Assembly: GCA_963826945.1 (NCBI GenBank)
Contig: CAWGYY010000004.1
Coordinates: forward strand, 222,399 to 286,398
DNA from: an uncultured Alphaproteobacteria bacterium
GTDB taxonomy: Bacteria > Pseudomonadota > Alphaproteobacteria > Rhizobiales > Xanthobacteraceae
Length of the DNA: 64,000 nucleotides
Direction: 5' to 3'
The notes beneath the pieces are model-generated. The model worked only from the letters and a program-made list of their open reading frames with translations, was not told where the DNA came from and did not search any database. Every line of letters begins with the position of its first letter. Positions within the stretch are counted from its first letter, which is position 1. Below are positions 1 through 9,799 of the stretch, one piece after another. Position numbers and translations under genes: made by a program.

Positions 1-792
1 GCGATCAGAAGCCACCAGATAGTTGGATACGCCCTCGACCTGCAAGAAACGCACGCCCCAGATCATGTCGCCGATCGTTGTCGGCAAAAACAGCAGGCCC
101 GCAACGATGCCGCAAAGATATGATTGCGGATTTTCAAGCACCAACTTGATCGGCGATAGAATGGAGGCAAAGGTTTGGTGTTCGGCAGAGCGTTCAATTT
201 CCTTTCTTGGGATGACGAAAACAAGAATAACCGCGAGGCCGACTAGAAGAATGCCGGAGTAAATCCAGAACTCACGCCAAGACGGTATCGCCTTCAAGAT
301 TGGCGCTACGATAAATTGGCCCGCTGATCCGCCGAACATCCCGGCCATCTGGGTGAATCCGATGGCCGTCGCGAGATATCTTGCGGGGAATCCTTGAACA
401 GCCAGATACACCGCCCCTGGAAACGCAACCGCCGATCCCGCGCCCTGGAGTAATCGTCCCGCGGTGGCTGGCACGATGCTGCCAACCACGAACAGAGCGC
501 ACCCGGCGGCTAGCGTCACGACGCCGACCGGGATCGTATATTTCGGGCCATACCGGTCGAGGCAGGCACCCGCAACGAGCGCGAACGACGAATAGGTGTA
601 ATAATAAACTCCGATCAATGAACTGATGCCTAGCGCCGTCAGGCCGTACGCCGTCGTCAGGTCCGATACCATCACGCTCGGAGCGGAACGAAGTCCGTAC
701 TGAAGGAAGTAGAAAATCAGGGCAAACAGCCAAGCGATGACGAATACCCAATGGATTTGGTTAGCCTGAAGTTTTCCAGATCGCATCTTCAT
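1..792 (-). CDS. MFS transporter (3' end runs off the window)
   Basis: Own minus-strand translation from ATG at 792: MKMRSGKLQANQIHWVFVIAWLFALIFYFLQYGLRSAPSVM...GACLDRYGPKYTIPVG...LLQGAGSAVAFPG. It has many TM helices. The frame stays open to position 1, so it is absent from the ORF track. Confidence 0.8.
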   Translation of the reverse strand, partial: MKMRSGKLQANQIHWVFVIAWLFALIFYFLQYGLRSAPSVMVSDLTTAYGLTALGISSLIGVYYYTYSSFALVAGACLDRYGPKYTIPVGVVTLAAGCALFVVGSIVPATAGRLLQGAGSAVAFPGAVYLAVQGFPARYLATAIGFTQMAGMFGGSAGQFIVAPILKAIPSWREFWIYSGILLVGLAVILVFVIPRKEIERSAEHQTFASILSPIKLVLENPQSYLCGIVAGLLFLPTTIGDMIWGVRFLQVEGVSNYLVASDR

Positions 793-977
793 CTCCCTAT
801 ATTAAGTCTGGCTTCATTAAGCTCAGCAATACGGTCATTCACATTCGGCTGAATCGCGTCGTCCAGTGAAAGCCCCGCGGTGCCACGAGGCTGCCGAAAT
901 TGTCTGTTCGACTTGATAGCCTCATGCGCTTGAGAATGTTGTTGCATTTAATGTTGGGCGCGAATGAAAGGACGCCA

Positions 978-991
978 TTGATCTTGATCAA
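978..991. promoter_or_regulatory. FixK/FNR-type box TTGAT-CTTG-ATCAA
   Basis: Perfect TTGAT-N4-ATCAA palindrome about 190 bp upstream of the MFS start codon. Confidence 0.5.
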
Positions 992-1007
992 AGGGTCCGC
1001 TTGATCG

Positions 1008-1514
1008 TCACTGGCTGGAGTTCCGCGGTGGCAACTGTGGGAAGACTGCGCTGGAGGCTGGCGCTTGAGCGCTGTCCTGCGCTGGCGGTTGACGACTTGC
1101 GGCGATCCATTGGGCGCCCATCATGAAAATCGCAACGATCACGTAGATAAAGATTATGGGTATGAAGGTGCGGGGATTTGTCGCCGCGCCGACGCTGAGC
1201 AACGTCTCGCGCGACGGGAGATTGGAACGACCTCGGCGCGGTAAAAGCGCGACCAAGCGAGCAGAAATCGTTCCGGGGTCTAGATGCGCCAATGGACCGT
1301 CGGGTAGCGCCGCAATCAACAAGGCCAGTCTTTGAGCCGCAGTTTCCCCTGGCAAGCGAGCTAATTCGGCAGCCTCCTCCCAAGGATCAACATCCAATCG
1401 CGCCAGCGCTGAAAGCACGCTGAGCGGCATGTCATTTCTGTCGTCACCGATCGGCGCGAATAGAAAGTCGTCGAACTCGGATCCAAGGACCGAAATCGAA
1501 GGAGTGGGCGCCAT
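1008..1514 (-). CDS. hypothetical protein with C-terminal TM helix
   Basis: 168-aa ORF with protein-like composition (MAPTPSISVLGSEFDDFLFAPIGDDRNDMPLSVLSALARLDVDPWEEAAELA...) and a hydrophobic stretch FIPIIFIYVIVAIFMMGAQWI. Confidence 0.55.
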   Translation of the reverse strand: MAPTPSISVLGSEFDDFLFAPIGDDRNDMPLSVLSALARLDVDPWEEAAELARLPGETAAQRLALLIAALPDGPLAHLDPGTISARLVALLPRRGRSNLPSRETLLSVGAATNPRTFIPIIFIYVIVAIFMMGAQWIAASRQPPAQDSAQAPASSAVFPQLPPRNSSQ

Positions 1515-1626
1515 TTAACCCGCCGGATTGCGTCGCCGCTATTGAGCACAAAGAACGACAAAGGGACTAAGGCAGTGCTGTTGCATTACCGAAACTAGAT
1601 CATATTGCGTAGCGGCCTCCCAAGTG

Positions 1627-1644
1627 AGGTTCGGAATCTACCTA
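1627..1644 (-). promoter_or_regulatory. recurrent upstream motif, copy 1 (sense reads AGGTAGATTCCGAACCTC)
   Basis: Matches the TGAGTAG(A/T)TTCCGAGCCTACC family. Lies about 110 nt upstream of the 1514 start, in sense orientation. Confidence 0.4.
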
Positions 1645-2198
1645 TATCGTCGGCCAGTTCGGCGATCCCGCGGCCGACACGAGAGGTGGAACGCAGGCGC
1701 ATCAAGCTGCACCGAACCTGCCGCGACAATTGTCAGGCACCGGCGCCACTTGACCGACCGGCTGCGGGATATCGTGAATGTGCTTGAAGATTGGGAATGG
1801 CGGCTAACGACAGAGCGTAATCGATGGAACCCTATTCCTGCCGTTATGCACGGTGTCCTCTTTGGCGCTCTCGCCGGTGGCCTGATGGTTTCGGCAACCG
1901 ATGGAGGCGACCAGTGACAGCACCAAGCCGGTACTACTGTCATTGCAATTATGATGATGACTAGGCTGGCCTGTGTGATTGTATTTTATCTGCGACAAAT
2001 CTTCTCAAACTGAGGTACCACGGGACAATTCATCTGCGCGGCGCCACGCAGCGTAGTACCGAACAGATAAACGAAAATTTCCGAGCGAAATTTGCAGGGC
2101 TAAGCACCAGGGTCGCTGGGGAGACAATTCAGAGCACCTTCACATAGGGTGCCGTCCTAACGCTGATCCATCGACGGACCAGCTGAACATGTTGTGCG

Positions 2199-5030
2199 CT
2201 ACATTGCCGTATTCGCCAAAAGATGTTTGAGCGCCTCCATCGCTTTTCCAAATTTATCCCAATCCCCCTGCTGCATAGCCTTCTCGGCGTCCTCGAACTG
2301 CATCCTCGCCTGGCCAGCGTCCAACTGGCCGGTCGTCACCTTCGCGGCCGCGCCGGTTGCTTGCGCCACGGGCGCCGCTTGAGGCTGCTGCGTACCGAAA
2401 AGAGCGGTGAGCGCCTCGTCGAGGGTTGGCTCCATGACGACCTTGTCGCCCGCAACCGCGATGACGCGCTTTAGCTGCGGAAAGTTCGTGCCTTCAGCTC
2501 TCAGGTACAAGGGCACCACGTACAGGAACGAGTTCTCAATCGGAGTCACGATTTGCTTGCCGCGGATCACTCGCGACCCTTGTTGATTCCAGAGGGTCAG
2601 TTGCTGAGAAATCGTGGTGTTTTGGTCGATCATCGCCTCGACCTGGTTTGGTCCGTAGATGAGCTTCTCCTTCGGAAGCTCGTAAAAGAGCATTTTCCCG
2701 TACTCGGGAAAGTCGGACCTGGCGGCCATCCAGGAGATCATGTTGTCCCGGTTTTGTGGCGTGAAGGGAGTCATGAGCAAATACTCAAGCTGGTCGCTTC
2801 CGGGAAGCTTCGTCAGAATGTAGTAGGGCTGCATAGGCTGCGCTTGGCCTTCGTACTTTTCCATCGGGGCCGTCCAAAGGTCTTCCCGGTTGTAGAAAAC
2901 CTGAGGATCCGTCATGTGGAAGGTTCTGTATTGGTCGGCTTGGATGGTGAAGAGATTCTCTGGATAGCGCAGGTGCCTCTTTAGATCGGCGGACAGCTCG
3001 CTTAGTTCATTGAACACGCCGGGAAACGCCAGCCGATAGACGGCCAGGACTGGATCCTTCGGATCCATGACGTAGAAGCGGACGGTTCCGTCGTACATGT
3101 CCACGATCACCTTCACGGAGTTTCGGATGTAGTTGAGTCCGTCAAACCCAGCCGCGGAGCGAGCTTCGGTCCCGCCTGCGTCGGGTCCACCCAACCTTTG
3201 CCCCAGCGCGGTGTCATACTGAGTTGGCCACTCCGGATTTGCGTACGGAAAGTAATTCGAGACCGTATAGGCATCTTGAATCCAGTAAAGCTTACCCTCG
3301 CTCAATACAGCGTAGGGATCATTGTCGAGGCGCAAGAAGGGAGCGATTTGCGCCACGCGCTCGCGAACGTCTCGATGGATCTGAATGCGGCTCTCGGGCT
3401 TGAGATAGGACGTCAATAGAATGTTGACGTCAGCTTTGGTCCAGGCGAACAAAAGCTTCTTCCAATCACTGTCTAACGGGATTCCGCCTTTTCCGCCGTA
3501 GCTGGTGTAAACATTGTCATTGCCCTTGGGGTAGTCGAACTCTTTGATGCCGGTGGCGACGATTCGATATCCCGGCATCGCTTGTCCGTAGTAGATGGCG
3601 GGCTGGGTTATCGTCACGCCGAAGGCGGACTCGGCTGGGACGTTCTCAAGAACGTATTGCGGAAACCCTCCTCCGATAGTCTTCGAAACGAAGTTCATCA
3701 CCACGCCGTAGCCGTGTGTGAACTGCAGGTACTGGTTGACCCACGTCTGCGCTTTCGCGGGAAGTTCCGGCGAAAGCTCGCGGGTGGAGAGCATGACCTG
3801 GTGATAGCCGTCCGCCAGGTGATAACGGTCGGTATCGACGTTATAGAATTGGTAGTAGAGGCGTATCGCCTGGGTCTGTTGATAGGTCTGAAGCAGCGGC
3901 CGCGCGTCCCATAGCCTAATGTTCTGGATCGTCTCTTGGTTCCTCGCGATCACGGCGGGCGTCAGATCCGCCAGTGCCGGATAGGACGTTTCCTGGATTG
4001 AATCGAGTTGGTAAGCTTTCCGCGTGAACTCGATGTAATTTCTTAGGTAGGGCGTCTCCAACGCCAGCTCGCTCGGCTGCACAACATATTTCTGAAAGAC
4101 GAAGGGAGCCAACAACACCCCGATGGCCCACAGAGCCACGTACACCCCGGCTCCAACGGCCAACATCTTGAGGCGTGGGCGAAAGAAATTGAGCGCGAGC
4201 AGTGCACACGCAACGACCGAGACGCCAACCATGATCCACAGGGCGACCCGCGTTACATGATCCGCCGCATAGCCAGCCCCATAGACGACGCCCAGAGTGG
4301 AATAGACGAGCTCATAGTGATCGAGGTAGAAACCCCATCCAAAATTGGCCATCAGAATAAAAAGAAGCACAGAAAGATGCGACGTAGCGTTACCGCCGAC
4401 GGCGATCCTTCCGCTTTCGCCAGCCCGCTGCATCCCTAAGAATACGTAGGTCGCAAGGACGATCCCGAGCGTCAAGATCGTCAGCAACGTCAGGCTGCTT
4501 TGCAACAGAACATAGAAGGGCAGATGAAAGACATAAAACCCGACATCAACCCCGAAAAGCGGATCGGAAACTCCGAACGAGCCGCCGTAACGAAAGCGGA
4601 GGTAAGTATCCCATTCAGAATAGAAACCACCCGCAAGAAACAAGGCGATGCCGGCACTGATCAATACGATGGCCGCCTTCAATAGCCTGGGAGACAGCTC
4701 AATTTTGGTTTGCGTGGCCGCATCGGCCCTGGATAAAGAAGCAAAGCTCCATGGTTGCCCCAACCTGCGGAAAGCGCCGTTATTTTCGGCCGCGTGGCGG
4801 AGATTGATCCACAGGAACAGAAAAGCAACGACAAAAGCCAAGCAAAACATCACGCACTGAACTGACAGAAGCGTCCAGAAGATTCCGGTGTAGTCGAGCT
4901 GCTGCATCCAGAGCCATTGTTCCAGATAGCCGGCAATACTTACCAGAACAGCAATGAGTAAGACCGCGGCAACAATCATGAGCCGCAGCAGATGTCGGGA
5001 ATGGGGATGCACCGTCGGATTCTCGTTCAT
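2199..5030 (-). CDS. UPF0182 family membrane protein
   Basis: 967-aa ORF with an N-terminal multi-TM region and a large soluble domain typical of UPF0182 (COG1615). The likely start is the internal ATG at 5030 (MNENPTVHP), which has a GGAG upstream. Confidence 0.9.
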   Translation of the reverse strand: MNENPTVHPHSRHLLRLMIVAAVLLIAVLVSIAGYLEQWLWMQQLDYTGIFWTLLSVQCVMFCLAFVVAFLFLWINLRHAAENNGAFRRLGQPWSFASLSRADAATQTKIELSPRLLKAAIVLISAGIALFLAGGFYSEWDTYLRFRYGGSFGVSDPLFGVDVGFYVFHLPFYVLLQSSLTLLTILTLGIVLATYVFLGMQRAGESGRIAVGGNATSHLSVLLFILMANFGWGFYLDHYELVYSTLGVVYGAGYAADHVTRVALWIMVGVSVVACALLALNFFRPRLKMLAVGAGVYVALWAIGVLLAPFVFQKYVVQPSELALETPYLRNYIEFTRKAYQLDSIQETSYPALADLTPAVIARNQETIQNIRLWDARPLLQTYQQTQAIRLYYQFYNVDTDRYHLADGYHQVMLSTRELSPELPAKAQTWVNQYLQFTHGYGVVMNFVSKTIGGGFPQYVLENVPAESAFGVTITQPAIYYGQAMPGYRIVATGIKEFDYPKGNDNVYTSYGGKGGIPLDSDWKKLLFAWTKADVNILLTSYLKPESRIQIHRDVRERVAQIAPFLRLDNDPYAVLSEGKLYWIQDAYTVSNYFPYANPEWPTQYDTALGQRLGGPDAGGTEARSAAGFDGLNYIRNSVKVIVDMYDGTVRFYVMDPKDPVLAVYRLAFPGVFNELSELSADLKRHLRYPENLFTIQADQYRTFHMTDPQVFYNREDLWTAPMEKYEGQAQPMQPYYILTKLPGSDQLEYLLMTPFTPQNRDNMISWMAARSDFPEYGKMLFYELPKEKLIYGPNQVEAMIDQNTTISQQLTLWNQQGSRVIRGKQIVTPIENSFLYVVPLYLRAEGTNFPQLKRVIAVAGDKVVMEPTLDEALTALFGTQQPQAAPVAQATGAAAKVTTGQLDAGQARMQFEDAEKAMQQGDWDKFGKAMEALKHLLANTAM

Positions 5031-5158
5031 CGTTCCACTCCAAATCGGCCGCGATGTACCGTGTTCGGACCACCGATCCGGGACATCGCTGATTGCGGGC
5101 AACTTCGAAGCGCGCTAATCGGGCAAACTACTACCTTAGCGAGCGGGAAGTCGGGGGC

Positions 5159-5180
5159 GGTAGCCTCGGAATCTACTCAG
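5159..5180 (-). promoter_or_regulatory. recurrent upstream motif, copy 2
   Basis: Plus strand reads GGTAGCCTCGGAATCTACTCAG; the sense-strand motif lies upstream of the UPF0182 gene. Confidence 0.45.
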
Positions 5181-5497
5181 AGACCGCCGGTTCACGTCCT
5201 TGCCCAGCGATGGACGAGAGCTGCTATTGGAATCCATGAGCGTCTCGACCGGATCGCTGGCGTGCGCGAGATGCCGAGACGCGCACGCGGCACCGTTTCA
5301 GCCAGTGCCCGCATTCTTTTTGGAGACTGCGCGTCGCATCGAAGTTTAATCGAAGTCGTCGACAATGACGCCGTTTTGCGGATGAAGGCCTTGCGGCGGG
5401 CCTTGGTCTCTGCATGGCCACATTAAAATCATGTCGGTATGATCGGCGCCGATCACCTCGTGCAGGCGCTCAGACGCATGAATGTATAGGGACAGGG

Positions 5498-5519
5498 CTG
5501 AGTAGTTTCCGAGCCTACC
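5498..5519 (+). promoter_or_regulatory. recurrent upstream motif, copy 3
   Basis: CTGAGTAGTTTCCGAGCCTACC, upstream of the general-stress membrane protein gene. Confidence 0.45.
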
Positions 5520-5716
5520 TTTTGCTGTATCACTGCGGATATTGTGAGATCTGCTAACTTCGCGTCCAAAAAGTGCATGTCCACGGGTCTTCCTGGCCCC
5601 GTGGTTGACCCGAAGCGCGCTATGCATTGCCAGGCTCGTCTTAAAAAGAGGATCAAATCGACAAAGCTGACACCGTCATCGCAGTCTTCGCAGACCATAA
5701 TTCAGCAGAAGCGGCC

Positions 5717-6217
5717 GTGAAAAAACTAGCCGCCGCCGGCTTCGAAATGAAAAACCTCAGTGTTGTCGGCAAGGGATATCAAACCGACGAAAAGGTCGTC
5801 GGCTTCTACAACGAGGGTGACCGGATCAAGTTTTGGGGCAAGCGGGGTGCGTTCTGGGGCGGTCTCTGGGGCATGTTCTTTGGCGGGCTGTTCCTGACCA
5901 TTCCCGTTGTTGGGCATGTCATCGTGCTAGGATATCTGGCCTCCATGGCGATCTACGGCATCGGGAATGCTATCGTGGTTGGCGGGCTAAGCGCGCTCGG
6001 TGCAGCGCTCTATGGCATCGGCGTGCCGAAGGACAGTGTGATCCAATACGAAACCGCTGTGAAAGCCGATAGTTTTCTGGTGATGGCGCACGGCCCGGCT
6101 GAGGAAGTGGCTCGTGCCAAGGCGATCCTCGGTACGCTCAAGCCTTCACGCCTTGATGTGCATGCAGGCGTGAAAGCGGCGGAGCCGGCAGGTCATCTCG
6201 CCCATGCGGGTGGCTGA
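5717..6217 (+). CDS. general-stress-type membrane protein (YflT/DUF1269-like N-domain plus Gly-rich TM region)
   Basis: AAVKKLAAAGFEMKNLSVVGKGYQTDEKVVGFYNEGDRIKFWGKRGAFWGGLWGMFFGGLF. Homology appears to continue upstream to 5657, where no ATG/GTG/TTG exists (see findings). Confidence 0.75.
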   Translation: MKKLAAAGFEMKNLSVVGKGYQTDEKVVGFYNEGDRIKFWGKRGAFWGGLWGMFFGGLFLTIPVVGHVIVLGYLASMAIYGIGNAIVVGGLSALGAALYGIGVPKDSVIQYETAVKADSFLVMAHGPAEEVARAKAILGTLKPSRLDVHAGVKAAEPAGHLAHAGG

Positions 6218-6409
6218 ATGGTGCAGCGAGCGTCATTTTGAAATAGATCGGACGACACATAAGGTCGAGTGATGCAACGAAGGCTGTGACTAGGATTCTT
6301 ACCATCTCCATCGTGGCGCTCGTGCCGTGGACGCTTGAGCCCTTGATCGTGCCCCAGGTTGCGTGTGGTGACTAAGCCGATTTCGCGATCATAGGCGGAG
6401 GGGAACGCG

Positions 6410-6775
6410 ATGAAAGTACTCCGTATCCTCGTAGTAGAGGATGACGCCCTGATCGCCACGCTCTTGGCCGACATGTTCGCAGCGATGGGCCATGACGTTT
6501 GCGCAATCGAGACGACCAAGGCTGGTGCGGTTGTCGCTGCCATTCAATGCAGACCGGACCTGATGATTGTCGATGCGCGATTGGGCGATGAAAGTGGCAT
6601 CTCTGCCATCGACGAGATACTCCGTACTGGGTTCGTTCCGCACGTTTTCATCAGCGGTGATATTTCAACGGTCCGGGCGCTTAAGCCGGACGCAGTGGCG
6701 ATTCAAAAGCCTTTTGATGAATCCGACCTCGTTCGGGCCATCCAACGCGCGCTTGGCGCCACCGTCGCATCTTAA
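6410..6775 (+). CDS. single-domain response regulator (REC)
   Basis: MKVLRILVVEDDALIATLL...LMIVDARLGDESG...KPFDESDL; has the canonical DD...D...K receiver pattern. Confidence 0.85.
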   Translation: MKVLRILVVEDDALIATLLADMFAAMGHDVCAIETTKAGAVVAAIQCRPDLMIVDARLGDESGISAIDEILRTGFVPHVFISGDISTVRALKPDAVAIQKPFDESDLVRAIQRALGATVAS

Positions 6776-6902
6776 ATGGTCAAGCCGTCCCGGCGCAGCT
6801 CTGAGCAACGCACCGAGGCGGCGGGCACTCTTCCGCAAATAAAATAGTGCGCTGCCGAAGCAAAGGCCATTCATCGGCTAAGACTGATTTCGCACACGGT
6901 AT

Positions 6903-6924
6903 CTGAGTAGATTCCGAGCCTATC
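6903..6924 (+). promoter_or_regulatory. recurrent upstream motif, copy 4
   Basis: CTGAGTAGATTCCGAGCCTATC, about 110 nt upstream of the PRC-barrel gene start at 7037. Confidence 0.45.
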
Positions 6925-7036
6925 GAAATTTTGCGACGACCCTTACTTCACACTCCCCAGGCCATGCAGCGGCAATCCGATGCGGCAACAATCCAGGTTG
7001 ACGCCGGCTCAAAAAGGTAACGAGGAGACACGTCAC

Positions 7037-7942
7037 ATGAAACGCTCGACATTAGTCGGCTCCGTGGCAGCATGCATTTGCCTTAGTCTTTCCATCCCGC
7101 TGCTCGCGGCTGAGCCTCCAGTAGCCGGCACCGCGACCCAACCGGCTTCCGGTGAGAAGTCTTCTCCGATTGAGAAGAAAGTCGTCGCCGTTGAGCCGGC
7201 CGAAAAGTGCCTTAAGGATCTGCGCACCTTCGACAATCAAATGGAAAAGGAGGGCTATTGGCTTGGCGGATCTGGCGATGGATACGGTTATCCGATGGAG
7301 GGATATGGCCTCTATGGCCCTCCGCTAATGGATCAGCGCGTAGAAGCGACCGGAATCGGTTATCGGAACGCGCGGCCCGGCTACGAGCTTCGGACCCTTA
7401 TAGCCTCCGCTAACATTCTCGCTCGGCAAGGCCAACAGCAGGCGTGTGAGGACGTGCTCGCCACGACCCGCGATATCTACAAAGTTTACGTGGCTGATAT
7501 GCACAGCGGCAAAATGCCGATGGCGGACGTGCAGGGCTGGCGGCAACTGCAGATAGCAGCCGCGCAGCCGATCACAAGCACAAATACCTCGTTCTTCCGG
7601 TCCGACGAATTGGTCGGCACCGAGGTGCGCAGCCCACAGAACGAAGCTCTCGGCAGCGTCGAAGACCTCGTGATGAATCCGCAGACAGGCAAAGTCGCCT
7701 ATCTGGTAATCGCCGAAGGTGGAATTTTCGGGATTGACGAAAAATACGTCCCAGTACCCTGGGAGGCCTTCAAGATATCCCCGAACGTGAAGCTGCTCGT
7801 GCTAGGCACTACCAAGAGCGTCTTGGGCGCAGCTCCACGAGTAAGCAAAGACCAATTCACGACTCCCAGCCACTTCGAGCAGCAGAGTCAGAAAGTGGAT
7901 GCCTACTGGAAGACGCACCTCTCTGACAAAGGCAAAGACTGA
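7037..7942 (+). CDS. secreted PRC-barrel domain protein
   Basis: Signal peptide MKRSTLVGSVAACICLSLSIPLLAA. C-terminal PRC-barrel: ELVGTEVRSPQNEALGSVEDLVMNPQTGKVAYLVIAEGGIFGIDEKYVPVPW. AGGAG lies 10 nt before ATG 7037. Confidence 0.8.
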   Translation: MKRSTLVGSVAACICLSLSIPLLAAEPPVAGTATQPASGEKSSPIEKKVVAVEPAEKCLKDLRTFDNQMEKEGYWLGGSGDGYGYPMEGYGLYGPPLMDQRVEATGIGYRNARPGYELRTLIASANILARQGQQQACEDVLATTRDIYKVYVADMHSGKMPMADVQGWRQLQIAAAQPITSTNTSFFRSDELVGTEVRSPQNEALGSVEDLVMNPQTGKVAYLVIAEGGIFGIDEKYVPVPWEAFKISPNVKLLVLGTTKSVLGAAPRVSKDQFTTPSHFEQQSQKVDAYWKTHLSDKGKD

Positions 7943-8002
7943 GCCGACGGTTAATCCGACTCCAAACGGCCCTCGACTGGTCGCACATAATGGAAGCGCG
8001 CA

Positions 8003-8779
8003 ATGTTGCGAAATGCGTCAGCGATCAAGGGCTACGCTATTGCGGCAAATAATGGTCGGCTTGGCACTGTGAGCGACTTTCTATTTGACGACGCCAGCTG
8101 GTTGGTTCGTTGGTTGGTCGTCGATACCGGCAATTGGCTCTCCGGTCGCAAAGTCCTTCTGCCGCCCTCCGTCTTGGGGCAGCTCGATCCAAACGGACGC
8201 GAGTTCGCGGTTGGATTGACCATGCAGCAGGTCAAGGACAGCCCGGATATCGACACCGAGCGACCAGTGTCGCGGCAGATAGAGACCAACATTTGCGATT
8301 ACTACGGGTGGCACCCGTATTGGGGCGCCGGCCGTTTTATGGGCGGCTACGGCTATGGGGGTGGTGCCATGCCAGTGTCGCCTGTCCCGGATCCAAGACT
8401 GCTTGAGGAGGATATTGCCGCCGCTCAGCTCAGCAACGACGATCCGCATCTGCGCAGCATTGAAGCGGTCACCCGATACCATGTCCACGCCAGCGATGGC
8501 GAGATCGGTCACGTCGCGGACTTCCTCGTCGAGGATGCCGATTGGAGCATCCAATATCTCGTCGTCGATACGCAGAACTGGTGGCCCGGGAAGACGGTCC
8601 TGATCCCGCCACGGTCGGTACGAGAGATCGATTGGACGGATAACCTGGTCAACCTCAATGTCGATCGTCAGGGGGTCAAGGACAGCCCCGCATACGACGC
8701 ATCCACAACCGTCGATCAGGCCTATGAGAAAAATTTTCGCAGCTATTACGGCGACGCCCGATCGAGCGATCAGCCGTAA
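8003..8779 (+). CDS. PRC-barrel domain protein (two PRC barrels)
   Basis: IKGYAIAANNGRLGTVSDFLFDDASWLVRWLVVDTGNW, and a second copy RYHVHASDGEIGHVADFLVEDADWSIQYLVVDTQNWW. Confidence 0.85.
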   Translation: MLRNASAIKGYAIAANNGRLGTVSDFLFDDASWLVRWLVVDTGNWLSGRKVLLPPSVLGQLDPNGREFAVGLTMQQVKDSPDIDTERPVSRQIETNICDYYGWHPYWGAGRFMGGYGYGGGAMPVSPVPDPRLLEEDIAAAQLSNDDPHLRSIEAVTRYHVHASDGEIGHVADFLVEDADWSIQYLVVDTQNWWPGKTVLIPPRSVREIDWTDNLVNLNVDRQGVKDSPAYDASTTVDQAYEKNFRSYYGDARSSDQP

Positions 8780-8874
8780 CGGGAAAAGCTATGACCGATG
8801 ACCAAGACGTAATTTGAATGTCACCGCGCGAATTTCGCTGCTTCCGTTCAACCCGTCTCCACGCGCCTCGGCGC

Positions 8875-9231
8875 TTATCCGACGATCCATTTCAGCGCCT
8901 CGCTCTCGTGGCTCTTATCGAAGGCTCTGACCTTCGGATGCAGGAAAATTCTGACCGCGCCGATCAACCAATGCTGCCAGTCGTGTGCGACAATGACTGC
9001 GATGCGATCTACCTTCTGCTGGTGGTTTTTTACGAATACAGCATGATTTTCAAAGGCCGCGATATTCTCCCAGCCATTGAACCCGGAGGCATCAATCAGC
9101 AACCTGATCTTCTCGTACCGACTGATAATAGAATCGACCTGCGGCGCAATTTGGCGAAAGTCGTCAGTTTTCAATTTATCCGGTACCGTGATCCTCAATA
9201 CGTTGCCGGAGATAGTGTCTGTCTTGATCAT
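8875..9231 (-). CDS. STAS/SEC14-like (SpoIIAA-like, DUF3478-type) protein
   Basis: 118-aa ORF, IRLLIDASGFNGWENIAAFENHAVFVKNHQQKVDRIAVIV; a paralog lies at 12514..12882. Confidence 0.75.
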   Translation of the reverse strand: MIKTDTISGNVLRITVPDKLKTDDFRQIAPQVDSIISRYEKIRLLIDASGFNGWENIAAFENHAVFVKNHQQKVDRIAVIVAHDWQHWLIGAVRIFLHPKVRAFDKSHESEALKWIVG

Positions 9232-9318
9232 GTGAAATCTCCTTCAGTCCAAGCTCAACGCCTGGCGCGAAAACGGCGCGCCGCAACCACATAAGGAAGT
9301 GAAAGACGCGTAGTTTGC

Positions 9319-9332
9319 TTGATCTATATCAA
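9319..9332. promoter_or_regulatory. FixK/FNR-type box TTGAT-CTAT-ATCAA
   Basis: Perfect palindrome directly upstream of the phasin gene. Confidence 0.6.
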
Positions 9333-9442
9333 TGCTCCAGTTGATCAAAATGGTGGCCTCCAGTAGCGAGAAGGGAGTCGTGTCATGGCCCAGAAAGAAT
9401 TCTCACGCCGAACGCACGGAAAAATCCTCGTTGCCGAATCTG

Positions 9443-9781
9443 ATGCCCACCGAGTTTGCCGAGATGGGAAAAAAGCGCATCGAGGAGTTCGTCAACACCC
9501 AGAAGGAGCTTGTCGAAAAGCTCCAAGAGATGAACCGTCAATGGTTCGATCGCGCCCAAGCGGAAGCAAATCTTGCGTCCGAGCTTGCATCCAAATTGAC
9601 GGCAGCGCGTTCCATCCCGGACGCGATGGCGACTTACCAGGAGTGGGCCAGCCGGCGCTTTGAAATGATGGCGGAAGACGGCAAGCATCTTCTCGCCGAT
9701 ACCCAGAAGTTCATGGAGGCGGCCACCCACCTGCTGCCCAACGGTTCGCTGATCAAAGGCAGTGGCGGCCACAGCACGTAG
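9443..9781 (+). CDS. phasin family protein (start uncertain, 9332-9443)
   Basis: MPTEFAEMGKKRIEEFVNTQKELVEKLQEMNRQWFDRAQAEANLASELASKLTAARSIPDAMATYQEW; a phasin-like helical protein next to phaC. An SD+ATG at 9385 is in another frame, so an N-terminal indel is possible. Confidence 0.7.
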   Translation: MPTEFAEMGKKRIEEFVNTQKELVEKLQEMNRQWFDRAQAEANLASELASKLTAARSIPDAMATYQEWASRRFEMMAEDGKHLLADTQKFMEAATHLLPNGSLIKGSGGHST

Positions 9782-9799
9782 CCGGCCGAGCGAAGTGTA

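Noticed and set aside
5159-5519. Inverted pair of the 22-nt motif (5159-5180 and 5498-5519) as terminal inverted repeats of a approx 360-bp MITE
   Set aside because: The other six copies are solitary and all point at the adjacent gene. The pair is better explained as two divergent promoter or operator copies for the divergently transcribed UPF0182 and stress-protein genes.
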